A DNA stretch of 64,000 nt, taken from Pseudomonadota bacterium. Its GTDB lineage: Bacteria; Desulfobacterota; Binatia; Binatales; Binataceae. Of the stretch, positions 19,023-27,938 are shown in pieces. The notes beneath the pieces are model-generated. The model saw only the letters and a list, made by a program, of their open reading frames with translations. It did not search any database and was not told the DNA's origin. How positions within the stretch are numbered: position 1 is the first letter of the stretch; the number at the start of each line of letters is the position of its first letter. Position numbers and translations under genes: made by a program. Location: the NCBI GenBank assembly GCA_021324855.1, contig JAJPIG010000006.1, positions 32,344 to 96,343 of the forward strand. Direction: 5' to 3'.

Positions 19023-20258
19023 TCAGTGCGCCGCTGATTCGGCAGGCATCGGGCGGAGCAGAATCCGGTCGGCGTAGAGTTGCGCGATTTCGGCGTCCGA
19101 AAGGCCGAGCACTTCGCGCATCACGCGCTCGTTGTCCTCGCCGACGCGCGGCGCGCGCAAATCGCTGCGCTGCTCCCATCCGGAGAACTTCACCGGCATC
19201 CCGGGCAGATCGAACTCGCCGATCGCCCGGTCGCGGGTGCGGCGCACGGTCTGGCGCTCGCGCAGATGCGGATGCGCCATGGCTTCCTCGAGCTTCAGCA
19301 CCGGCGCGCACGGCACGCGCTCGGCTTCGAGTGCGGCGAGCGCCGCGGCGCGATCGGTAAATCGGTCGAGCCATTCCTGAATGATCGCCCGAATTGCCGC
19401 ATTGTTCCTCATCCGATCGCGATTCGTCGCGAAGCGCGGATCATCCTTCGCGGCCGGATCGCCCATCGCGCGCCACAAACGCGGCATCTCGTGCTGTTGC
19501 ACGATCAGGAAAATGTAGCCATCGCCGGCCTTGAAGACTCCGCACGGGCTCATGTTGGGATGAAGCGAGCCGGTGCGCTTGGGCTTGTAGCGGCCGGGCC
19601 GCAGCGCCAGCACTGGTACGCTGATTTCGTGCATGTGGAAATAGGTGTCGAGAATCGACGCGTCGATGTACTGACCTTCGCCGGTGCGCTCGCGATTGAG
19701 GAATGCGAACCCGATCGCCATCGCGGCGGCAACTCCCGTCGAGATGTCGCCGATGGCCATGGCGGGAACGACCGGCGGCAGATCGGGCTCGCCGATGAGC
19801 TCTGTAACACCCGCGTATGCCTGGCCGACATAGTCGTAGCCCGGGATGCGGCTTAGCGGTCCGGTCTGACCGGCGGCGGAAATCGAGCACATGATCAGTT
19901 GCGGGTTGAGCTTCCTCAGCATCTCGTAGCCGAAGCCCATCCCCGCGATCACGCCCGGCGCGAAGTTCTCCACCACGGCGTCGATCTTCGGGATCATCCG
20001 ATAGATCAGCTCGCGCCCGCGTTCGTTGCGCAAATCGACCGCGATGCCGAGCTTGCTGTGATTGTGCTGAAAATAGTAGGTGCTCATGCCGTCCGCGATG
20101 ACGCCGAAATTCCGCGTATGCTCGCCTTCGGCGCTGCGTTCGACCTTGATTACCTCGGCGCCCATCTCAGCCAGGATTCGCGCACAGGTCGGTCCCGCGA
20201 CGAAATGGCTGAAATCTAGCACTCGATAACCCTGAAGCATCCTCGGCGCGCTTGCCAA
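19023..20258 (-). CDS. CoA-transferase family III (CaiB/BaiF-like)
   Basis: TTG start with AGGAGG 7 nt upstream; YRVLDFSHFVAGPTCARILAEMGAEVIKVE N-terminal signature. Confidence 0.85.
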   Translation of the reverse strand: MASAPRMLQGYRVLDFSHFVAGPTCARILAEMGAEVIKVERSAEGEHTRNFGVIADGMSTYYFQHNHSKLGIAVDLRNERGRELIYRMIPKIDAVVENFAPGVIAGMGFGYEMLRKLNPQLIMCSISAAGQTGPLSRIPGYDYVGQAYAGVTELIGEPDLPPVVPAMAIGDISTGVAAAMAIGFAFLNRERTGEGQYIDASILDTYFHMHEISVPVLALRPGRYKPKRTGSLHPNMSPCGVFKAGDGYIFLIVQQHEMPRLWRAMGDPAAKDDPRFATNRDRMRNNAAIRAIIQEWLDRFTDRAAALAALEAERVPCAPVLKLEEAMAHPHLRERQTVRRTRDRAIGEFDLPGMPVKFSGWEQRSDLRAPRVGEDNERVMREVLGLSDAEIAQLYADRILLRPMPAESAAH

Positions 20259-20291
20259 GCTAAGTCCTCCTGATTCCCCGCGTTCGATTGG

Positions 20292-20795
20292 TCACTGACG
20301 CGGACTGCGGCGGCAATCGCTGCATCGGCCATAAAGTTCGAGCCGATGACGCGTCAGTTCGGCGCCGAGCTCACGCGCCACCGCCTGCTGGATTCGCTCC
20401 AGGCCCTCGTTCTCGAACTCGATGATCTTGCCGCAGGATTCGCAGATGAAGTGATCGTGATGGTGCTTGCCGGCGGCCTCGTAGCGCGCCTGGTCTTCGG
20501 CGAAATGGCGCTCGGAGGCCATGTCGCATTCGGTCAGCAGGCGAAGCGTGCGGTAGATAGTCGCATAGCCGACGTGGGGGTTGATCTTTCGCACCTCGGC
20601 GTAAAGCTCCTCGGCGCTGATATGCCTGCCGAGTTCGAAAAAAACCCGTACGATGTCGTCGCGCTGGCCGGTGGATTTGAGCCCCCGCTGCTTCAGACGA
20701 TCGTGGAACGTCTGCAGCCGCTGTTCGGTAGCGTTGCCAGTCCGACCCTCGGCGCTGGTGCGTCCCGGCCCCACGCTGTGCTCGAGGCGCGTCAT
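20292..20795 (-). CDS. Fur-family metalloregulator (Fur/Zur/PerR-like)
   Basis: HTH then HHHDHFICESCGKIIEF metal-binding motifs and a C-terminal CxxC. Confidence 0.85.
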   Translation of the reverse strand: MTRLEHSVGPGRTSAEGRTGNATEQRLQTFHDRLKQRGLKSTGQRDDIVRVFFELGRHISAEELYAEVRKINPHVGYATIYRTLRLLTECDMASERHFAEDQARYEAAGKHHHDHFICESCGKIIEFENEGLERIQQAVARELGAELTRHRLELYGRCSDCRRSPRQ

Positions 20796-20804
20796 AAATC
20801 GGGT

Positions 20805-21098
20805 CTAGCTCTGCTCCGGTCCGGCCTGCAGGAGGCGGCGCGCGGCCGGCGACAGATAGAGCGACTCGAGCTCGCGATCGCGCAGCGCTTCGGCGAGGAT
20901 TTCGAGTTGATCGGCCGGCGGCTGGTCACGGTCTATGATCAGCAGGTCCTTTTCGTGCAGCCGGCAGGCGCCGCCGCGGGCGCGGTAGCCGACCTCGCGC
21001 AGAATCTTCTCGCGCCGCACTTCGAGGCCACATCGGTTGGCCGCCTCGATCAGTTCGTCAACCAGCCGATGGAGACCGCGTGTTCCCTGCTCGCTCAC
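20805..21098 (-). CDS. hypothetical protein (97 aa) co-oriented immediately upstream of the fur-like gene
   Basis: ORF with a 9-nt gap to the downstream fur-like gene; no recognisable family. Confidence 0.4.
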   Translation of the reverse strand: MSEQGTRGLHRLVDELIEAANRCGLEVRREKILREVGYRARGGACRLHEKDLLIIDRDQPPADQLEILAEALRDRELESLYLSPAARRLLQAGPEQS

Positions 21099-21166
21099 CC
21101 CTGGATGCCCTCTGTCATTTCGGTTCCGCCCATGATATCGCGATTTTGGGGACGGGATTCAAACCG

Positions 21167-22003
21167 GTGATCAGGACGATACTGGTCGGAATCGACACCT
21201 CCGCGCATTCGCGCAACGCGCAGGCCCTCGCCTTCAATCTGGCGCGGCGGTTCAAGGCGACGCTGCACGGTTTGCATGTGGTCGATATCGTCTCGATCGA
21301 AGGGTCGTTTTTTCATGATATCTCAGGTTCCCTCGGACTTGAACCATACCTCGACTTTTCCTCTAAAATGCGCGAGGTGCTTACCGAGCGGGGCCGGGCC
21401 GTGCTCGATGAGTTCCGCGCCGCGGCCGAGCGCGAAAATCTCACCGCCGAGACCATCCTGGACATCGGGATCGTCGCGAACCAAATATGCGAACGAGCCA
21501 AGATCGCCGACCTCGTGATGATCGGACATCACGGCGTGAATGAACGGTTTTCGACCGGATTACTAGGGTCGACGGCCGAGAGCGTCGCGCGCAAGTCTCC
21601 GCGTCCGGTGATCATCTCGCCTCGGGAAGCGCGCGAGATTCGGCAACTGGCGCTTGCCTACGACGGCAGCGAGCGGGCGGCGCGCGCGATGCGGGCGGCG
21701 GCGGAGTTCAGCGTCGAGATCGGCGCGCCGCTCGCGGTTGCGACCGTCGCCCGCGACCCAAAGCTGGGCGAGCGCGTCCTCGGCGAAGCGCGGGCCTATC
21801 TCGACGGCTACGGCGCCAAAACCAGCTTTGAGTTGCTAGCCGGTCATGCGCACGAGGAAATCATCGCTTTCCTGAAACGCATCGAGGCCGACCTCCTCTT
21901 CATCGGCGCCTACGGGCATCGACGGATCATCGAGATGGTGCTCGGCTCGACCACCGAATACGTGCTGCGCAATTCGTTGTGCCCGGTTTTCCTTTCGCGC
22001 TAA
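21167..22003 (+). CDS. tandem universal stress protein (two UspA domains)
   Basis: Two Usp repeats (ILVGIDTS...; LALAYDGS...AYGHRRIIEMVLGSTTEYVLRNSLCPVFL); GTG 21167 chosen; ATG 21080 also in frame but would overlap the divergent gene. Confidence 0.7.
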   Translation: MIRTILVGIDTSAHSRNAQALAFNLARRFKATLHGLHVVDIVSIEGSFFHDISGSLGLEPYLDFSSKMREVLTERGRAVLDEFRAAAERENLTAETILDIGIVANQICERAKIADLVMIGHHGVNERFSTGLLGSTAESVARKSPRPVIISPREAREIRQLALAYDGSERAARAMRAAAEFSVEIGAPLAVATVARDPKLGERVLGEARAYLDGYGAKTSFELLAGHAHEEIIAFLKRIEADLLFIGAYGHRRIIEMVLGSTTEYVLRNSLCPVFLSR

Positions 22004-22641
22004 ACGCGCGCTCCCTTAACGCGAGTCAATTACTACTTGCTGTGGCTGGAAATAGTCATTGCTTTAGAGAGTTCAACTAACTTTGCCGTTCACGTCGCGT
22101 ATGGCATGCAAGTTGCGGTTTTAAAGAATTGCGCGTGACGAATCAAAGAAAACCTGCGAGGCGGCGCGAAGCCTGATTAGAACTATGTAAAAGTTGCGTA
22201 TCTTGCCACGCTTGTTTCGAAGCTTCCACACACGGATGCTTGGGGTTTTCGCCGCATCGGCTGGAGCGTGCGCTGTTGGGTGTCCGCAGGCTATTCGGAA
22301 TCTGCAGCCTTAGTATCTCCAAACTTCAAATCTCTCCGCCCTATGAGGTCGCGCAGCGCAACTGGTTCTTGATTCAGAGGATGCTCGCCGATGCTCCAAC
22401 TCGATCGGCTCCGGCTCCGCCTGCCTGCCTGGCCTCAACGCCCTGGAATGCGACCCGGGTTGCTGACGATTACATTTCTTATGGGTCTGCTGATCGGAGC
22501 AGCGCTCGTCGCGTTTTGTATCCCGCCGCCGGTGACCGTTTATCATCCGGTGATGGTTACGCCATGCGAGCCAGCCCGTTCTTTGTGACGCGAGCTGAAA
22601 AGCGCTTACATCGGGAGCGCCCGCGATCTAATCTCGCGGAC

Positions 22642-23166
22642 ATGAATCGAAATCGCCGCCCCGTCCTGAAACTGGGCGTGGTCGATCTTGGGGTCGAAAG
22701 CGCTTCGTTGCCCAACGGCCTGACGCTGGAGATGGCCGTAATACGGCATCCCGGTGCAGCCGCGATCGTCGCTATCGACGAAAACGGCCGGGTCGCGATG
22801 CTCCGGCAATGGCGTCATGCGATCGGCGATTACCTGTGGGAGATTCCGGCCGGGACCAGGCACGCGGACGAGGATGCTCGCGCGTGCGCGGAGCGCGAGC
22901 TTCGCGAAGAGGCGGGCTTGGATGCATCCGAATGGCGGCGGATGGGCGCGATTGTCACCATTCCAAGCTTCTGCGACGAGCGTATCGAGATCTTCCTCGC
23001 GCGCGGACTGAGCATCAGCGCACAGCGCCACGATCCCGATGAGGTGATTAGCGTTGTACGACTTCCGTTCGGTGAAACGCTAGAAATGATCCACGACGGC
23101 CGGATCGTCGACGCCAAGACGATTATCGGTTTGTACCGCGCGCAGACCTTCCTGCAGCTCTCATAG
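22642..23166 (+). CDS. NUDIX hydrolase (ADP-ribose pyrophosphatase-like)
   Basis: Nudix box GDYLWEIPAGTRHADEDARACAERELREEAGL; upstream in-frame ATG at 22564 is an alternative start. Confidence 0.75.
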   Translation: MNRNRRPVLKLGVVDLGVESASLPNGLTLEMAVIRHPGAAAIVAIDENGRVAMLRQWRHAIGDYLWEIPAGTRHADEDARACAERELREEAGLDASEWRRMGAIVTIPSFCDERIEIFLARGLSISAQRHDPDEVISVVRLPFGETLEMIHDGRIVDAKTIIGLYRAQTFLQLS

Positions 23167-23228
23167 AGCTGTAGCTGGAGAGCGGCGGCGATGCCCAAAT
23201 CGCGTGCATCTGCACGCGATCGAGGACG

Positions 23229-23435
23229 TTATTCGATCGCGATTTCGTTCGGGAACAAAAAGGTCGTGGCGCGATCCTCGAACTCAACCAAGTACATCCG
23301 GCGGCCGAGATTGATCAGCTCGCGCACGATTCGCGGATGTTCCGCGAAGCGCGTGCGGCCCTGATGGTCACGTACCGGCTTCAAAAGCCTGCATTGTCGC
23401 CCAACTACCGACTCTAAGTTTGCATCTGAAATCAT
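23229..23435 (-). CDS. small hypothetical protein (DUF4926-like, tentative)
   Basis: 68 aa; YLVEFEDRATTFLFPNEI resembles the DUF4926 C-terminal pattern. Confidence 0.4.
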   Translation of the reverse strand: MISDANLESVVGRQCRLLKPVRDHQGRTRFAEHPRIVRELINLGRRMYLVEFEDRATTFLFPNEIAIE

Positions 23436-23741
23436 TTCTGCGCCCCCTCAACCAGGTATATCTCTGGTTCCGACCCCACCCGGTAGAGGATTATAGCAAT
23501 TTTCGGTCCTGAAATTTAGACGGTTGTTCGTGCACGGATGTTCATCTGTCCACTGACGATTTTTTTCTCAGCCAACAAACAGATCTTTCTCGTATGCGAA
23601 TTTCGATGCTCACAAAATCGCCAAAGTTCATCGCCGTGCCTGACATCAGGGCGGCAGTTCCCAGTCGCAGACGGTCAACGCCAGGGGCTCATTTGCGACA
23701 TCGGATGATTAGGCTAGGATGCGATTTTCCGGAGAAACGAC

Positions 23742-25517
23742 GTGATAAAAACCCTCATTCCCCAGATAACCGGCCATCGGGCGATGATCGCGACCGAGCA
23801 TGACCTTTCGGCCGCTGCCGGCATGCGCATCTTCAATCGCGGCGGCAACGCGATCGATGCGGCGGTCGCTGCGACCTTCGTCGAAGGTATCGTCAATCCG
23901 CACATGTTTACGATCGGCGGCGAGACGCCGATGCTCGTCTACGCCGAGAAGGCCGGAAGGGTAGTGGCCGTCAACGGCAATATGCAGGCGCCCGCGCGCG
24001 CCACGATCGCAGCGTACCGCGAGCGCGGCCTCGACGCGATCCCCGATCAGGGTCTGCTGGCAGCAGGCGTTCCCGCCGCGTTCGATGCTCTCGTCTCAGT
24101 GCTTTCGCATTTCGGCACGATGCGCCTTGCCGAGGTGGCTGAGCCGGCGCTGGAGTTATGCGAGGCGGGCTTCCCGCTGCATCCGGGACTCATCGGCTAC
24201 GATGCGGCGCAGGTGAAAGGCGGACCGGCCGTCAACTCTCATATCGGGCCGCTTTGTATGAACGCCGAGCGATTTCTCAGCGAATGGCCCACCAGTGCGG
24301 CGCTATGGCTGCCCGATCGGAAGATTGGCGCGGCCGGCACGCTGATCAAAAATCCCGCGATGGCGAACTTTTTCCGGCGTTTGTTTGATGCCGAGAGCAG
24401 CGCGAGCGGGCGCGGGCGCGAAGCGGCGCTCGCCGCCGCGCGCGATCGCTTTTATCGCGGCGACATCGCGCGTGAGATCGGCGCATGGTCCGAGCGTCAC
24501 GATGGTTTGCTGCGCGCCGATGATCTAGCTGAATTCGCCACCCGTTTCGAGGAACCGGTGAGCGTCAGATATCGCGGCTATACCGTCTACAAATGCGGAC
24601 CGTGGTGCCAGGGGCCCGCTTTTCTGCAGCATCTGCGCCTGCTCGAAGGCGTTGATCTGCGAGCGATGGCCCACAACTCCGCAGAGTATATTCATCTTGT
24701 TACGGAGACCTCGAAGCTGGCATTTGCGGATCGCGAGGCCTATTACGGCGATCCCGAATTCACGAAGGTGCCGATGAAGGAATTGCTCGCCCCGGCATAT
24801 GCCGCGATGCGGCGCGGCCTCGTCGATCCGCGGCGTGCCTCGCTCGAGTTGCGCCCCGGCGATCCGATTGCGATGCGGCCGCTCGGCTCATTACCGCCCG
24901 GGATGCGTCCGTGGGGAGCGGGAACGGTGCACGTCGATGCCGCCGATCGCGACGGCAATCTGATCGCGATCACCGCGAGTGGCGGATGGCTCCAAAGCTC
25001 GCCTGTGGTTGACACGCTCGGCTTTCCGCTCGGCTCGCGGATGCAGACCTTCTATCTCGACGAGCGGCATCCGAACGCCTTGATGCCGCGCAAGCGGCCG
25101 CGCACAACGCTCACGCCCTCGATCGCGGCGCGCGACGGCGCGCCGTTCATCGCGTTCGGCACGATGGGCGGTGATCAACAGGATCAATGGACGCTGCAGT
25201 TCTTTCTCAACCTGGCAGACTTCGGGATGGAGATTCAGGAGGCGATCGAAGCGCCCAAGTTCTCGTCGCGCCATTTTCCGTCGACCTTCGCCCCGCACGA
25301 CGCCGCTCCCGGCGTGTTGAAAATTGAGGAGCGCATCGATTCACAGGTGCGCGCCGAACTCGCCTCGCGCGGTCATCGCGTCGAGGTTGGCCCTGCCTAC
25401 AGCGAAGGCTACTTGGTGGCTGCCGCGATCGATCGCGAGCGCGGCGTGCTGGTTGGCGGCGCCGATCCGCGTGGCCATCTGACCGGTATCTTTCCGGCCC
25501 GCGCGATCGGCTGGTGA
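23742..25517 (+). CDS. ggt: gamma-glutamyltranspeptidase
   Basis: GTG after GGAGAAACGA RBS; GGNAIDAAVAATFVEGIVNPHMFTIGGE and downstream TVHVDAADRDGNLIAITASGGW nucleophile region. Confidence 0.85.
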   Translation: MIKTLIPQITGHRAMIATEHDLSAAAGMRIFNRGGNAIDAAVAATFVEGIVNPHMFTIGGETPMLVYAEKAGRVVAVNGNMQAPARATIAAYRERGLDAIPDQGLLAAGVPAAFDALVSVLSHFGTMRLAEVAEPALELCEAGFPLHPGLIGYDAAQVKGGPAVNSHIGPLCMNAERFLSEWPTSAALWLPDRKIGAAGTLIKNPAMANFFRRLFDAESSASGRGREAALAAARDRFYRGDIAREIGAWSERHDGLLRADDLAEFATRFEEPVSVRYRGYTVYKCGPWCQGPAFLQHLRLLEGVDLRAMAHNSAEYIHLVTETSKLAFADREAYYGDPEFTKVPMKELLAPAYAAMRRGLVDPRRASLELRPGDPIAMRPLGSLPPGMRPWGAGTVHVDAADRDGNLIAITASGGWLQSSPVVDTLGFPLGSRMQTFYLDERHPNALMPRKRPRTTLTPSIAARDGAPFIAFGTMGGDQQDQWTLQFFLNLADFGMEIQEAIEAPKFSSRHFPSTFAPHDAAPGVLKIEERIDSQVRAELASRGHRVEVGPAYSEGYLVAAAIDRERGVLVGGADPRGHLTGIFPARAIGW

Positions 25518-25717
25518 ACCAGCCTGGCTTCATTGGTATCATACTGATCTGACCAGTTAGTGGTTGTGGTGCATGGTTGGCGTCAAAGACGCACGAAATC
25601 GGGTTATTTGATCGTCAAATTAACCGCCAGTCGTACGGTAGATAAAGAAGATTCCGGGAGTTCTGGCGGATTTGTAAACGGCACAGACCGTGCTCGCGTC
25701 CAAGGAGGTGTGGTGAA

Positions 25718-26065
25718 ATGAAGGGGAGGACGATCTTGGTTGGCGTGCTCGCGATGGTCGCTGTCGTGAGTGGTGTTGGATGCTCCGGACAGCCGCTTAG
25801 CACGCGTGAAAAAGGCACGCTCGTCGGCGGCGGCGTAGGGGCGGCGACCGGCGCAATTATCGGTGCTGCGGTCGGCGCGCCGGGAATCGGAGCGGCGATC
25901 GGAGGTGGTATCGGCGCCGTGGGGGGCGCGGTAGTGGGTAATGCATTGCAGAACCAGGAGGTTCAGAGTCAGCAGACCCAGTCGCAGATTCAGCAACAGC
26001 AGCAACAGATAGAACAGCAGCGGCAGCAAATACAGCAGCTCAAGAGTCAACAGGAAACTCAGTAA
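25718..26065 (+). CDS. glycine-zipper lipoprotein with poly-Gln coiled-coil tail (paralogue 1)
   Basis: AAGGAGG RBS; lipobox VSGVGC; CSGQPLSTREKGT then Gly/Ala zipper GAxxGAxxGAxxG; C-terminal QQQTQSQIQQQQQQIEQQRQQIQQLKSQQETQ. Confidence 0.7.
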   Translation: MKGRTILVGVLAMVAVVSGVGCSGQPLSTREKGTLVGGGVGAATGAIIGAAVGAPGIGAAIGGGIGAVGGAVVGNALQNQEVQSQQTQSQIQQQQQQIEQQRQQIQQLKSQQETQ

Positions 26066-26086
26066 CATCGAACCAAGGGGATTGTT

Positions 26087-26437
26087 ATGCGTAGTATCAG
26101 ATTCGCCACTATTATCGGCCTGTGGCTCGCAGCCCTGATGACGCTCGCGGCCTGCTCAGGCCAGCCGCTCAGCACTCGCGAAAAAGGCACTCTCGGCGGC
26201 GGTCTAATCGGTGCGGGTGGTGGTGCGATCATCGGCGCGGCCGTGGGTCATCCGGCCGCCGGAGCTGCGATTGGCGGAGCGCTGGGAGCCGGCACAGGAT
26301 ACGTGGTAGGCAACGCGATGCAGAACAACGAAGCCCAGCAGCAGCAGACTCAGCAGGCGGTCGAGCGGCAACAACAGCAGCTTGAGCAACAGCGTCAGCA
26401 GATCGAACAGCTTCAACAGCAGCAAGAGACAGAGTAA
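26087..26437 (+). CDS. glycine-zipper lipoprotein with poly-Gln tail (paralogue 2)
   Basis: Lipobox LAAC; same CSGQPLSTREKGT / Gly-zipper / Q-rich architecture. Confidence 0.7.
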   Translation: MRSIRFATIIGLWLAALMTLAACSGQPLSTREKGTLGGGLIGAGGGAIIGAAVGHPAAGAAIGGALGAGTGYVVGNAMQNNEAQQQQTQQAVERQQQQLEQQRQQIEQLQQQQETE

Positions 26438-26672
26438 GTCAGCGCTGCCCTTTCCAGAACTTCGCAACAGCATCATCGATAGCAGGCTCCCCCGTTCGTC
26501 TCTGACTGATCCTTGGGGGCTTGCACTTATGGTGCGGTTAGCGGCAGGATTTTCCGGCGTGCCGTGGTTTGCGGTTTGGTCGTGGTCGCGGCGCGCAACG
26601 ACTGATCTACGCTCGTTCATCGATCACTGGTAGGCTGATTGGCGAAACGGCAGCCAGGAAGGGGCTTTTGAG

Positions 26673-27038
26673 ATGGGAAATATCGCTACCGTGAACAAAA
26701 CCAGAATTGCCTGCACTGCTCTCGCAATCGCAGCGCTTCTGATCGTGGCCGGATGCTCGGGGCAACCCCTGAGTACCCGTGAGAAGGGCACCTTTGTAGG
26801 CGGCGGTCTCGGCGCTGCTACCGGCGCCATCATCGGCGCGGCAGTGGGCGCGCCTGGAGCCGGCGCGGCGATAGGCGGCGCGCTCGGCGCCGGCAGTGGC
26901 TTCCTAATCGGCAACGAGATGCAGAACCAGGAAGTCCAGCAGCAGCAGACCCAGAGTCAGATCCAGCAACAGCAGCAGCAGATTCAGCAGCAGCAGCGCG
27001 AAATCGAGCAACTCAAGCAGCAGAACGAGACCGAGTAG
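26673..27038 (+). CDS. glycine-zipper lipoprotein with poly-Gln tail (paralogue 3)
   Basis: Lipobox VAGC; same architecture; CAGCAG-rich coding repeat. Confidence 0.7.
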   Translation: MGNIATVNKTRIACTALAIAALLIVAGCSGQPLSTREKGTFVGGGLGAATGAIIGAAVGAPGAGAAIGGALGAGSGFLIGNEMQNQEVQQQQTQSQIQQQQQQIQQQQREIEQLKQQNETE

Positions 27039-27060
27039 CTCGCGGTCGCTTATCGACGTC

Positions 27061-27088
27061 GGGAGCACGCCGTCTCGGCGTGCTCCCC
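27061..27088. terminator. GC-rich perfect hairpin between convergent genes (candidate bidirectional terminator)
   Basis: GGGAGCACGCCG-TCT-CGGCGTGCTCCCC inverted repeat 23 nt after the paralogue-3 stop; the T-run only follows ~25 nt later. Confidence 0.4.
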
Positions 27089-27128
27089 AGGCTTCATCGC
27101 TTTACTCCGCTGATTTTTTATTCCCGCC

Positions 27129-27938
27129 CTAACCGGGCCGACACTGCCGGCAAGCGCGCAGACCGGCGCGCCGCGCGCCTTGAGGATCGGCGAAGATCAC
27201 CATCCGCGACGGATTAGCCCGTCGCGCCGAGCTGCATGACGGCCGGCAAAAGATGTGCGTGCGTTGATGGCCGAGCACCGCATCGGCGGTCACCCGGCGG
27301 TCCGCGCCGATCCGAAACCCCTCCGCCCGCAGCAATGCCAGTTTCGAATTCACGCCGCCGCCGTAGTTCCCGACCGATCCGTCCGAACGAATCACGCGAT
27401 GACACGGCACGTAGACCGGAATCGGATTCGACGCCATCGTGTTGCCGACCGCGCGCGAGCCACGCGGCGCGCCGACCGCGGCCGCCAGCGCCTGATATGA
27501 CATTACGGCGCCCGCCGGTACCTTGCGCAAGCGTTCGATCACGCGGCGCTGGAACGGGCTTACCACCAGGCTCAGATCGATCGGCGTGACCAGTGCATTC
27601 AAATCGCCCTCGACGAAGCGCCGAATCTCGCCGCTGACCCTTGCCGCCACGTCCTGATCTTCGATTAGATCGAACTTACGACGGCGCAAAGTCGCGAGTG
27701 CATTATCGACGCTCGCACCCGGCGTATCGAGGAAATAGATCATCACGATACCCGCATCGCTCATCGCGACCATCAGGTTGCCGAGCGGCGAGGCCGCCGT
27801 GCCGACCCGCACCCACGGCCGCCGGATTCTCGTCAGCCGCGGCGCCATTTGACGATGCGCCGCCTCGAGCAACTGATCGATTTCACGCTCTTCCGCGTCG
27901 GTGCCGGGTTGAGCCATCAAGTACTTCTCCGTCTTCAT
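27129..27938 (-). CDS. O6-alkylguanine-DNA alkyltransferase fused to a C-terminal Ada-type Zn-binding methyl-acceptor domain
   Basis: Ogt N-domain plus PCHRVIRSDGSVGNYGGG active site; C-terminal HIFCRPSCSSARRAN...FADPQGARRAGLRACRQCRP matches the E. coli N-Ada Cys4 zinc domain (IFCRPSC...FRPCKRCQP); no AraC HTH. Confidence 0.8.
   Translation of the reverse strand: MKTEKYLMAQPGTDAEEREIDQLLEAAHRQMAPRLTRIRRPWVRVGTAASPLGNLMVAMSDAGIVMIYFLDTPGASVDNALATLRRRKFDLIEDQDVAARVSGEIRRFVEGDLNALVTPIDLSLVVSPFQRRVIERLRKVPAGAVMSYQALAAAVGAPRGSRAVGNTMASNPIPVYVPCHRVIRSDGSVGNYGGGVNSKLALLRAEGFRIGADRRVTADAVLGHQRTHIFCRPSCSSARRANPSRMVIFADPQGARRAGLRACRQCRPG

Noticed and set aside
22004-25717. tRNA/tmRNA search in AT-rich intergenic regions (22004..22641, 23436..23741, 25518..25717, 53872..54075)
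   Set aside because: No cloverleaf-compatible GTTCGAATC/T-loop plus acceptor-stem pairing found by eye; a tRNAscan-type search would be needed to be definitive.
26624-26914. 96-aa Pro/Ala-rich ORF antisense to glycine-zipper paralogue 3
   Set aside because: A mirror artefact of the Gly/Ala codon repeats on the coding strand.
25940-27000. CAGCAG / GGCGCG-rich tandem repeats, considered as a microsatellite or CRISPR-like array
   Set aside because: The repeats are in-frame codon repeats (poly-Gln, Gly/Ala zipper) inside three paralogous genes; there are no spacer-repeat periodicity and no cas genes.
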